This document shows positions 49,058 to 57,681 of a stretch of DNA of 64,000 bases, piece by piece. Source of the DNA: an uncultured Clostridia bacterium (GTDB taxonomy: Bacteria > Bacillota > Clostridia > Christensenellales > UBA1242); NCBI GenBank assembly GCA_947382485.1, contig CANCYS010000006.1, positions 2,278 to 66,277 of the forward strand, given 5' to 3'. The translations under genes and the position numbers were made by a program. The stretch's first letter is position 1. The number at the start of each line of letters is the position of its first letter. The notes under the pieces are model-generated. The model saw nothing but the letters and a program-made list of their open reading frames with translations, ran no database searches and had not been told where the DNA came from.

Positions 49058-51265
49058 ATGAGAATAGGACAAGTTATTGTTGATATAGCAAGCAGTTTAG
49101 TCGATAAAATTTTCGACTATCTTTTGCCTGAACAAGATATTGCTGTCGGTTCAAGAGTTTTAGTTCCTTTCGGAAAAATCAAAAAGGACGGTTACTTAAT
49201 CAAAATCACAGAAAACACAAACTATGATGTAATCAAACTCAAAACCATTATTGCTTGCATCGATGATTTTCCAGTAATCACATCAGACCAACTTAAACTT
49301 GCAGAATTTATGAAAGAAAAGTTTCATATTGGAATGTGTGATGCTCTCAGACTATTTCTTCCGAGTGAACTTAGACAAGGAAAAGTTAAAGAATTAACAA
49401 AAACAAATTGCTTTATTCAAGATGAAAATAAAGCAAAAGAATTTCTTTCAACCACCAGAAGCAATGCAAAAGCAATCATCGGTATAATAAACTATCTTTT
49501 GGAACATGGCTCAACAACAAAAACAATCCTTGCAAATAAATTTAATTCTGCATCATTAAACAAATTGATTGAACAAAACATAGTTCAAACTCAAATAACA
49601 AAAGTTCGCAGAACGCCATATAAATCAGTTGATGAAGAAAAGCAACAAAAAAGCATAACTTTAACTTCAACCCAACAATCAATTGTTGATAGAGTTATCT
49701 CAGAAAAAAATATTTATCTTTTGCATGGAGTAACAGGAAGTGGAAAAACAGAAGTATATATGCACTGCATGGAAAAGATTCTAGAAAACAATCAAACTGG
49801 CATAATGCTAGTACCCGAAATTTCATTGACACCACAAGTTCTTATGAATTTCCGTTCAAGATTTGGTGAAAATGTTGCAATTCTTCATTCTGGGCTTTCA
49901 GCTGGCGAAAGATTTGACGAATGGCAAAGAATACTTTTTGGTGAAGCACAAATTGTTGTCGGTGCAAGGTCAGCAATTTTTGCACCATTAAAAAACATTG
50001 GACTTATTGTGATTGACGAAGAACATGACAATTCATACACAAGCGACAGCAATCCAAGATACAACACCATTGAAATAGCAAAAGAACGTGCAAAAATCTC
50101 TGGTGCATCACTAGTTCTTGGAAGTGCAACTCCAAGTTTAATTAGCTACCACAACGCAATGGTAGGAAACTATCAACTGCTTGAAATGAAAGAACGTATA
50201 AATAAAAAAGAACTCCCGCCACTCAAAATTGTTGACATGACAAATGAAATAAGAGAAGGAAACATTGGTGTTTTCTCAAATTCTCTTAAAAAAGCATTAA
50301 TAAAAACAATCGAAAGCGGAAATCAAGCAATGCTTTTCATTAACAGGCGTGGATACGCATCATTTTTAATGTGTAAAAAATGTGGATTCGTTGCAAAATG
50401 TGAAGATTGTGATGTATCACTTGTATATCACAAGTCAGAAAAATCTTTAAAATGCCATTATTGTGGAAATCGATATAAAGTTTTAACTGAATGTCCAAAC
50501 TGCGGAAATGAAGAACTCTCAACAGGAGCAGTAGGAACTGAAAGAGTTGTTCAAGAAATCAAAGAATTTTTGCCAAATGTTTCAATCAGCAGAATGGATA
50601 ATGACACAACAAAAACAAAGGATTCGCACTTAAAAATCTTATCAGATTTCAGAAATGGAAAAACTCAAATTTTGGTTGGAACTCAAATGATTGCAAAAGG
50701 TCATGATTTTCCAAGCGTAACACTCGTTGGAATAATTGATGCAGATGTAAGTTTATATCAAACTTCATATACATCAAATGAACAAACATTTCAATTAATA
50801 ACACAAGTTGCTGGCAGGGCAGGAAGAGCCGATAAGGCAGGTGAAATCTATCTTCAAACCTATGCACCAAGACATTATGTTTATAGACTTGCATCTTTTT
50901 ATGATTATCCAGCCTTTTACAATAAGGAAATAAATCTCAGACAAACAACACTTTATCCACCATTTTCAAAAATTATCAGAATTTTATTCACATCTGAAAA
51001 TGAAAATCTTGCAAAAGAATGTACTAAGGTGTATTATGATGATGTTAAAAATCTACAATCTGAATTTTTAAACGATTTTGTTTATCTTGGAGTTATGAAA
51101 TCACCAATAGGACGAATACAAAATAAATATAGACTTCAAATTTTAATGAGAATCAAGCCCGAAAATGAAGATAAAATAACAGATAAACTTTTTGAAATTG
51201 CAGACAATCACAAAATGCGTGATGTTAAAATATTTGTTGAAATTAATCCACAAAACTTAAACTAA
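49058..51265 (+). CDS. priA: primosomal protein N' (PriA helicase)
   Basis: Walker A GVTGSGKTE, DEEHD, and a Cys-rich zinc-binding insertion CKKCG...CEDCD...CHYCG...CPNCG. Confidence 0.92.
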   Translation: MRIGQVIVDIASSLVDKIFDYLLPEQDIAVGSRVLVPFGKIKKDGYLIKITENTNYDVIKLKTIIACIDDFPVITSDQLKLAEFMKEKFHIGMCDALRLFLPSELRQGKVKELTKTNCFIQDENKAKEFLSTTRSNAKAIIGIINYLLEHGSTTKTILANKFNSASLNKLIEQNIVQTQITKVRRTPYKSVDEEKQQKSITLTSTQQSIVDRVISEKNIYLLHGVTGSGKTEVYMHCMEKILENNQTGIMLVPEISLTPQVLMNFRSRFGENVAILHSGLSAGERFDEWQRILFGEAQIVVGARSAIFAPLKNIGLIVIDEEHDNSYTSDSNPRYNTIEIAKERAKISGASLVLGSATPSLISYHNAMVGNYQLLEMKERINKKELPPLKIVDMTNEIREGNIGVFSNSLKKALIKTIESGNQAMLFINRRGYASFLMCKKCGFVAKCEDCDVSLVYHKSEKSLKCHYCGNRYKVLTECPNCGNEELSTGAVGTERVVQEIKEFLPNVSISRMDNDTTKTKDSHLKILSDFRNGKTQILVGTQMIAKGHDFPSVTLVGIIDADVSLYQTSYTSNEQTFQLITQVAGRAGRADKAGEIYLQTYAPRHYVYRLASFYDYPAFYNKEINLRQTTLYPPFSKIIRILFTSENENLAKECTKVYYDDVKNLQSEFLNDFVYLGVMKSPIGRIQNKYRLQILMRIKPENEDKITDKLFEIADNHKMRDVKIFVEINPQNLN

Positions 51266-51277
51266 AAAGGGGAAATT

Positions 51278-51823
51278 ATGGCAATTAGAAAAATTATTAA
51301 TGAAAGTGATGAAACTTTAAGAAAAATCTCAAAACCAGTCGTTGACTTTGATGATAGATTATTTGAACTTATTGAAGATATGAAAGACACACTTGCAAAA
51401 GCAGAAGGTGCAGGCCTAGCAGCAGTTCAAGTGGGCGTTTTAAAAAGACTTTTTGTCATGCATGCAGGAAAAGAGGAAAGAGAATGTATAAATCCGTCAA
51501 TAATAAAACAAGACGGCATCAACAAAATCAAAGTTGAGGCATGCCTTTCTGTTCCAGGAAAATGTGGTTATGTTGAACGTCCAGAAAAAGTTTGGGTTGA
51601 ATACCAAGACAGAACTGGTAAAAAAATCCAAAAAAAGTTTACTGGATTTGAAGCCAAATGCTTTTGTCATGAACTCGACCACTTAGATGGAATTTTATAC
51701 ATCGACAGAGCAACAAAAATGTTTAAAGACAGAGATGAATACGCAAAAGAACAAGGTAAGCAAAAGAAAGACAATTCAAAATCTGATGCTTCAAAATCAA
51801 AAAACACAAAAAGTGAGAAATAA
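51278..51823 (+). CDS. def: peptide deformylase
   Basis: GAGLAAVQVG, EACLSVPG and HELDHLDG motifs. K/S-rich C-terminal tail. Confidence 0.93.
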   Translation: MAIRKIINESDETLRKISKPVVDFDDRLFELIEDMKDTLAKAEGAGLAAVQVGVLKRLFVMHAGKEERECINPSIIKQDGINKIKVEACLSVPGKCGYVERPEKVWVEYQDRTGKKIQKKFTGFEAKCFCHELDHLDGILYIDRATKMFKDRDEYAKEQGKQKKDNSKSDASKSKNTKSEK

Positions 51824-51825
51824 TA

Positions 51826-52794
51826 ATGAGAATTATCTTTTTAGGTACTCCTGAGTTTGCAGTTGATAGTTTAGACACACTTGTAAAATCTAAACATGAA
51901 GTCATAGCAGTAATAACTCAACCAGACAAACCATCTGAACGTGGCAATAAAATACAATTTTCATCGGTTAAAAAGTATGCACTAGCAAACAATTTAACTC
52001 TTTTTCAGTTTCCCAAAATTTCAAGAGACGGAATAATTGATATAAAAGCACTTGCACCAGATATAATGATAACTTCTGCATATGGTCAACTTTTAAGCCA
52101 AGAAATTTTGTCAATACCAAAATTTGGAGTTATCAACATTCATGCTTCTTTGCTTCCAAAATATAGGGGAGCATCTCCAATTCAAACTGCCATTATGCGT
52201 GGAGATACAATGACAGGTATAACAATCATGAACACCGAAATTGGACTCGACACTGGTGACATAATAAATAAAATAGAAACTCCAATTTTTGAAAATGAAA
52301 CAGCTGGTGAACTTTCAGATAGACTTGCAAAACTCTCATCAGGTCTTTTGCTTGAAACTCTTGATAAAATTGAAAATGGCACAGCAAAATATGTTGAACA
52401 AGAACATATCAGTGCAACCGTAACAAAAAAGATTACCAAAGACGATTGCAATATTATTTGGGAAAAATCTTCTAAGGAAATTAAGTGTTTAATCCTAGGA
52501 GCAAACCCAAATCCAATTGCAAGAACGCTTTTAAACGACCAAATTGTAAAAATTTATAAAGCAAAAATCTCAGATATAGAACTTGATGATGAATGCAAAA
52601 AACTTAATTGTGGAACTGTTCTTCCAATAAGTTCTGCAAAAACTGGATTATTTGTAAAAACTAGTGACGGAGCAGTTGAAATCACAGAACTTCAAATGCC
52701 AGGTGGCAAAATTTTACCAGCAAAAGACCTTTTAAATGGTAGAAAAATCAACATTTACGATAAATTTGAAACTGTTTTTAAAATGAATACTTAA
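51826..52794 (+). CDS. fmt: methionyl-tRNA formyltransferase
   Basis: IIFLGTPEFAV and INIHASLLPKYRGASPIQ. Confidence 0.93.
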   Translation: MRIIFLGTPEFAVDSLDTLVKSKHEVIAVITQPDKPSERGNKIQFSSVKKYALANNLTLFQFPKISRDGIIDIKALAPDIMITSAYGQLLSQEILSIPKFGVINIHASLLPKYRGASPIQTAIMRGDTMTGITIMNTEIGLDTGDIINKIETPIFENETAGELSDRLAKLSSGLLLETLDKIENGTAKYVEQEHISATVTKKITKDDCNIIWEKSSKEIKCLILGANPNPIARTLLNDQIVKIYKAKISDIELDDECKKLNCGTVLPISSAKTGLFVKTSDGAVEITELQMPGGKILPAKDLLNGRKINIYDKFETVFKMNT

Positions 52795-52857
52795 TTATTA
52801 AAATATAACAATTTATTATGTTTTTTAATTATAAAATTATAACTATATGAGGAACAA

Positions 52858-53913
52858 ATGAAAATTTTACATGACCTAACTCTAAACGAACTTAAATCAG
52901 AAATGGAAAGTTTGGCACTAAAAATGCCAAGGTATCGTGCTGAACAAATTTTTGAATGGCTCACAAACTATGCCTCATTTGAAGAAATGACAAACATTCC
53001 AATTGAATTAAGAGAAACACTAATCAATAATTATATTGCAAAACCAGTCCAAATTGAAAAAGAACTCATCAGTAAAGATGGAACAAGAAAATTTCTATTT
53101 TCACTTTCTGACGGAAATACTGTTGAAGGTGTTTTAATGAGTTACAAATATGGAAACACAATTTGTATTTCAACACAATGTGGTTGCAGAATGGGTTGTG
53201 CATTTTGTGCAACTGGAATTGATGGCCTTGCAAGAAACTTAACCGCAGGTGAAATGCTTGCAGAAGTTTTGGCAGTTAACAAACATATTGGCGGAAGCAA
53301 AGCAGATAGAAAAATCACAAACATAGTATTGATGGGTTGTGGAGAACCTCTTGATAACTATGATAATGTGATTAAATTCATCAAATTAATTTCAGATAAA
53401 AATGGATTAAACATATCTCAAAGAAACATTTCACTCTCAACTTGTGGACTTGCTGATAAAATCAAAAAACTTGCAGATGAAAACCTGGGAATAACTCTCA
53501 CAATTTCTTTGCATGCATCAACTGATGAACAACGCAAAAAAATCATGAAAGTAGCAGGTGCATATTCATTAAAAGAATTGTTTTTTGCTATAAAATATTA
53601 TTTTGAAAAAACTAAAAGAAGAATCGTTTTTGAATATATCGAACTTGACATGAACACAAATCCAGAAGACGCAAAAAGAATCAAGGAACTTTGTAAAGGA
53701 TTATCTTATCATTTCAACTTAATCCCACTAAACTCAACTCCAAAAACCAATGAAATCCCAGCACTCAAACCTGCAACCAAACAAAAACAATCTGAATTTT
53801 GGGAAAACCTAAAAGAACAAAACATCTCAGCAACCACAAGAAGAACGCTTGGAAGTGACATTGATGGGGCATGTGGACAACTCAGACGTTCAACTTTAAA
53901 TTCAAAAGCCTAA
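52858..53913 (+). CDS. rlmN: 23S rRNA/tRNA A2503/A37 methyltransferase RlmN
   Basis: Radical SAM motif CRMGCAFCATG and C-terminal ACGQL. Confidence 0.9.
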   Translation: MKILHDLTLNELKSEMESLALKMPRYRAEQIFEWLTNYASFEEMTNIPIELRETLINNYIAKPVQIEKELISKDGTRKFLFSLSDGNTVEGVLMSYKYGNTICISTQCGCRMGCAFCATGIDGLARNLTAGEMLAEVLAVNKHIGGSKADRKITNIVLMGCGEPLDNYDNVIKFIKLISDKNGLNISQRNISLSTCGLADKIKKLADENLGITLTISLHASTDEQRKKIMKVAGAYSLKELFFAIKYYFEKTKRRIVFEYIELDMNTNPEDAKRIKELCKGLSYHFNLIPLNSTPKTNEIPALKPATKQKQSEFWENLKEQNISATTRRTLGSDIDGACGQLRRSTLNSKA

Positions 53914-53930
53914 ATTTTCCTTGCTATAAT
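53901..53930 (+). promoter_or_regulatory. extended -10 promoter upstream of rpe
   Basis: TTCAAA, 18 nt spacer, TGCTATAAT. Confidence 0.45.
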
Positions 53931-54002
53931 GATAAAATAAACATATAATAAAATTATAAAAATAATAAATTTAATTATAAAATAATAACTAAGGAGTTAT
54001 TT

Positions 54003-54701
54003 ATGATACCAAAATATATTAGAATTTCTGCATCGCTTCTTGCAATAGATTTCAATAATGAAGAAGTTCTTGACAAAGCACTTGCAGACATTGAAAAAAA
54101 CGGAGCAAACTTTGTTCATCTTGATGTTATGGATGGAAAATTTGTAAAAAACAAAACTTTCGATCATACATTTGTTGACAAACTTCGTGACAAAACCAAT
54201 CTTATGCTAGATGTTCACTTGATGGTTGAAAATCCAGAAGCAGTAATTGAAAAATATGCTAAGGCTGGTGCAGATATCATAACTGTTCATTTCGAAGCAT
54301 GCAAAGATATTGAAAAAACACTCAAACAAATTAAATCACTAAACTGCATAGCAGGTGTAGCAATCAATCCAAAAACACCTGCACTTAAAATCAGAGATTT
54401 GCTCGGAAAGGGAATTGTTGATGTCGTTGTTGTTATGGGCGTTAACCCAGGTGCAAGCGGTCAAAAATTCATTCCTGGTTCTGCTGAAAAAATTGCTGAA
54501 ATTCGTGATATGGATAAGAATGTTTTCATTGAAATTGATGGTGGTGTAACAATCAAAAATGCAAAAATATTAAGACTTGTTGGTGCAAATATCATCATTA
54601 GTGGTGCAACAATTTTCCAATCAAAAAATATGAAAAAAACCATTAAACAACTTAAAGGAAAAGCCTTTATGAATAATTTAATGGATCACTTCAAAAAATA
54701 A
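54003..54701 (+). CDS. rpe: ribulose-phosphate 3-epimerase
   Basis: SASLLAIDF....HLDVMDGKFV and MGVNPGASGQKF. Confidence 0.92.
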   Translation: MIPKYIRISASLLAIDFNNEEVLDKALADIEKNGANFVHLDVMDGKFVKNKTFDHTFVDKLRDKTNLMLDVHLMVENPEAVIEKYAKAGADIITVHFEACKDIEKTLKQIKSLNCIAGVAINPKTPALKIRDLLGKGIVDVVVVMGVNPGASGQKFIPGSAEKIAEIRDMDKNVFIEIDGGVTIKNAKILRLVGANIIISGATIFQSKNMKKTIKQLKGKAFMNNLMDHFKK

Positions 54702-54751
54702 TTGCACACAAAAAATTAAACCTTCATATAATGCAGTAAATGGAGGTAATT

Positions 54752-54826
54752 ATGACGATTGTATGTATTAAAGCACCTAAATTTCTTGGGGGATTTTTAA
54801 AATTATTTGTTAAAAAACAAAAATAA
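54752..54826 (+). CDS. spoVM: stage V sporulation protein M (24 aa), below the ORF-track threshold
   Basis: ATG 54752 lies 6 nt after GGAGGT. Product MTIVCIKAPKFLGGFLKLFVKKQK, compared with B. subtilis SpoVM MKFYTIKLPKFLGGIVRAMLGSFRKD (recalled from memory). Same genomic position as in B. subtilis (rpe...spoVM, then rpmB on the opposite strand). Followed by its own terminator. Confidence 0.8.
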   Translation: MTIVCIKAPKFLGGFLKLFVKKQK

Positions 54827-54840
54827 TTTAATAAAAATAA

Positions 54841-54880
54841 AATGTTTGTGAATGTTATTATTTCATAAACATTTTTATTT
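54841..54880 (+). terminator. rho-independent terminator after spoVM
   Basis: AATGTTTGTGAA, 9 nt loop, TTCATAAACATT (one G-U pair), then TTTATTTT. Confidence 0.7.
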
Positions 54881-54887
54881 TATTTTA

Positions 54888-55025
54888 ATAACTAAAATAA
54901 TTCTATAAATATAACTAACATTACTTATTTTATTATAACTACATTTATTTATAAAAACATAACTTTAAATAATTATTATTTAGTAACTATATTTTTATGT
55001 AAAATAAATTATATTTTTATAACTA
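54888..55025. repeat. phased array of six (A/G)TAACT(A/T) heptamers
   Basis: Heptamers start at 54888, 54911, 54935, 54959, 54983 and 55019, giving spacings of 23, 24, 24, 24 and 36 bp. The sequence between them is AT-rich and not conserved. The array lies between two convergent terminators. Confidence 0.6.
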
Positions 55026-55026
55026 A

Positions 55027-55055
55027 TAAAAAAGAATAGCACAAAGTCTATTCTT
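55027..55055 (-). terminator. terminator of the sufC-sufBD operon
   Basis: AAGAATAG, 8 nt loop, CTATTCTT, with a T-run on the minus strand. Confidence 0.7.
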
Positions 55056-55061
55056 TTATTT

Positions 55062-55985
55062 TTATCTTAAAAATCCTTTAATAATTTCATTTTCTGCCTC
55101 AGTTTCAGTAAGTCCAAGTGTTTGAAGTTTAACAATTTGTTCACCAGCAATTTTTCCAATGGCAGCCTCATGAATAAGTGACGCCTCAGTTGATGCAGCT
55201 GTAAGTTCTGGTTTTGCCACAATATGAGCGTTGTCCATAATGATTGCATCGCATTCTGTATGCCCAAAACATTTGTTATTTCCATTAATAATTGATTTGA
55301 AAATTTGATTACTTTCATTTTTTGCAACAGCTCTTGAAACAACATGAGTAGAGCAATCTTTTCCATTCAAATCAACATTAAAATTTGTTTCAGCATATTC
55401 ATTTCCATCTGTCATAATTTTTTCATTAATTTCAAGTTTTGCTCCGTCATCAAGTTCAGCATTTGTATCACGCTTTGATGAGGTTACGCCACCAATTTGA
55501 ACTGTGTCCATTTTCATATAAGAATTCTTACCAAGTTCAATTTTTGTTACTGGATTTAATATTCTGCTACCAGTTCCATCACCATTAGCATAATGCTTTT
55601 CAATATAATGAACTTTTGAACCTTCTTCAATAAAAAATGAGTGAACTCCATCATGACCTTCATCTTCGCTTGAACCACAGGCAATTCCACAACCAGCCAC
55701 AATCGTAACATCACAGTTTTTGCCTACATAAAAATCATTATAAACCAAATCTTTTAATCCTGCTTCTGACACTATAACAGGAATATGCAAACTTTCATTA
55801 ATTGTACCATCTTTTATAAAAATATTAATTCCAGGCTTATCAGTTTTTGAAACAATATCAATGTTTGCACTAACATTTCTTGAAACAAGTTTACCATCTT
55901 TTCTGATATTGTATGCACCTTCTGGAATCTCATGAAGGTCAGCAATCGTTTTTAATAACTCTTTATCTATATTATTAAGTTCCAT
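55062..55985 (-). CDS. SufB/SufD-family Fe-S cluster assembly protein (short form)
   Basis: 307 aa. C-terminal LIHEAAIGKIAGEQIVKLQTLGLTETEAENEIIKGF is a typical SufB/D motif. The ATG overlaps the sufC stop (TAATG). Confidence 0.75.
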   Translation of the reverse strand: MELNNIDKELLKTIADLHEIPEGAYNIRKDGKLVSRNVSANIDIVSKTDKPGINIFIKDGTINESLHIPVIVSEAGLKDLVYNDFYVGKNCDVTIVAGCGIACGSSEDEGHDGVHSFFIEEGSKVHYIEKHYANGDGTGSRILNPVTKIELGKNSYMKMDTVQIGGVTSSKRDTNAELDDGAKLEINEKIMTDGNEYAETNFNVDLNGKDCSTHVVSRAVAKNESNQIFKSIINGNNKCFGHTECDAIIMDNAHIVAKPELTAASTEASLIHEAAIGKIAGEQIVKLQTLGLTETEAENEIIKGFLR

Positions 55986-56710
55986 TATTCTTCCTCCACA
56001 AGTTTAGTGCATGATGAATAAATTTCAGATAGGCGAGAGAAAACTTTTTCTTTGCTTCCAATCTCCTTAATTTCGCCATTTGAAAGAATTATCACTGAAT
56101 CTGAAATATCCAAAATTCGCTCTTGATGAGAAATTATTATAAATCCACATTTATATTTATTTTTAAGGTTTTTAAAAGTCTTAATTAAACTATTAAAACT
56201 CCAAAGGTCAATACCAGCTTCTGGTTCATCGAAAATTGTGAGTTTGCTTGCTCTTGCAACAATTGTAGCAATCTCAATTCTTTTAAGTTCACCGCCAGAA
56301 AGGCTACCATCAATTTCTCTATCAATATAATCTCTTGCACAAAGTCCAACATCAGACAAAAACTTACACGCTTCACCAACAGAAACTTCACTGCCAGTTG
56401 CAAGGGAAATCATTTGTTTTACTGTGATTCCTTTAAATTTAACAGGTTGCTGAAATGCAAAACTTATACCAAGTTTAGCTCTTTCAGTAATTGACAAATC
56501 AGTTATGTCAGTACCGTTAAATATTATTTTTCCAGATGTTGGTTTATTTATACCCATAATAATTTTAGCAAGTGTAGACTTACCAGAACCATTAGGACCA
56601 GTTATAACAAAAAACTTATCATCATCAATTGTAAGATTTATATTTTTTAGGATTTGCTTAACTTTTCCATTATCATTCACAGAAAAGCATATATCTCTAA
56701 GTTCTAACAT
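55985..56710 (-). CDS. sufC: Fe-S cluster assembly ATPase SufC
   Basis: Walker A GPNGSGKST, signature LSGGELKR, Walker B LTIFDEPEAGID. RBS GGAGGAA. Confidence 0.85.
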   Translation of the reverse strand: MLELRDICFSVNDNGKVKQILKNINLTIDDDKFFVITGPNGSGKSTLAKIIMGINKPTSGKIIFNGTDITDLSITERAKLGISFAFQQPVKFKGITVKQMISLATGSEVSVGEACKFLSDVGLCARDYIDREIDGSLSGGELKRIEIATIVARASKLTIFDEPEAGIDLWSFNSLIKTFKNLKNKYKCGFIIISHQERILDISDSVIILSNGEIKEIGSKEKVFSRLSEIYSSCTKLVEEE

Positions 56711-56823
56711 AATTCCTCCTACGGCAATATTACACCAAACCCCAATAAATAATCAATTAATTATGCCTCACAATTAACATTTAGGGTAGGGCAAAACAAA
56801 ATTTATATAACAAAATTTTGCAA

Positions 56824-56850
56824 TAAAAAATCTAAGCGGTTAGGCTTAGA
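56824..56850 (-). terminator. terminator after rpmB
   Basis: Minus strand: TCTAAGC, loop CTAACC, GCTTAGA, then TTTTTT. Confidence 0.7.
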
Positions 56851-56864
56851 CTTAAAATAGTTTT

Positions 56865-57050
56865 CTATTTATCTTTTTTAGAGCCTTTCAAACACTTTGT
56901 GCAAACATAAGTGTTCACAACTTTTCCGTCAATTTCAACAGTTGTCTTATGTATATTTGGTCTAAAAACTCTTTTAGATATATTTAATGCGTGGCTACGA
57001 GAATTACCAGCGGCTGCGCCTTTTCCACAAATACTACAAACTCTACTCAT
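56865..57050 (-). CDS. rpmB: 50S ribosomal protein L28
   Basis: [32 protein letters not shown]... ATG 57050 follows an AAGGAGG RBS. The track start 57131 is an upstream extension. Confidence 0.92.
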   Translation of the reverse strand: MSRVCSICGKGAAAGNSRSHALNISKRVFRPNIHKTTVEIDGKVVNTYVCTKCLKGSKKDK

Positions 57051-57273
57051 AAGTCTTAACCTCCTTGTGAGAACTAATAATACCTTACATATCTTAGCAT
57101 AAAAGAATATGATTTGCAAGTTTATTTGCAAAAATATTTAAAAATTTATAAAATAATTTCATAATCTTGTTAAATTGTTGATTTTTTAATATAAATAGTT
57201 TATTATTATATTAGGTTTGTGTGCATAAAATTAGAATAATCTGGTTTTATCGCAAAAATTTAGAGGAGAGAAT

Positions 57274-57624
57274 ATGTCAGTTAACACCGTTAATTCCTAT
57301 GGAAAAATTTCTGTTACAGATGAATCAGTGGCACTTATTGTGGCACATTCTGCTTTGGACGTTTATGGTGTTGTAGACCTTGTAACAAACAAGTTCTCAG
57401 ACTCTTTACGCGAACTTTTTAAGAAAAAATATAAACCACGTGGTATCAAAATCACAACTATCAGTGATAGAATTAATATTGATCTTGATATCATATTAAA
57501 ATATGGTGTTAGCATTAATGCCGTTGCTGAATCTGTTAGAAGGTTAGTTAAGTATAATGTCGAACAGTTCACTGGCATGCTTGTTGACTCAATAAATATA
57601 AATGTTGTAGGTGTAAAAGTTTAA
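57274..57624 (+). CDS. Asp23/Gls24-family stress protein (YloU-like)
   Basis: 116 aa. ...KISVTDESVALIVAHSALDVYGVVDL... Divergent from rpmB and upstream of a DAK2-domain gene, as in B. subtilis yloU-yloV. Confidence 0.8.
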   Translation: MSVNTVNSYGKISVTDESVALIVAHSALDVYGVVDLVTNKFSDSLRELFKKKYKPRGIKITTISDRINIDLDIILKYGVSINAVAESVRRLVKYNVEQFTGMLVDSININVVGVKV

Positions 57625-57681
57625 CGACTTCTGTCGTTTTCTTTGCGCCTTTTTGATTGCAATTTAGGAGAAAAATTATTT

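Noticed and set aside
54888-55025. The ATAACTA array considered as a degenerate CRISPR array or a tandem repeat.
   Set aside because: Only 7 bp per roughly 24-bp unit is conserved. There is no repeat of 20 bp or more, no leader and no cas gene, so it is reported only as phased heptamers.
55067-56403. Same-strand overlapping track ORFs 55067-55366 and 56185-56403, and the plus-strand ORF 56505-56777.
   Set aside because: They are alternative or antisense frames inside sufBD and sufC, which have clear family motifs. None has an RBS.
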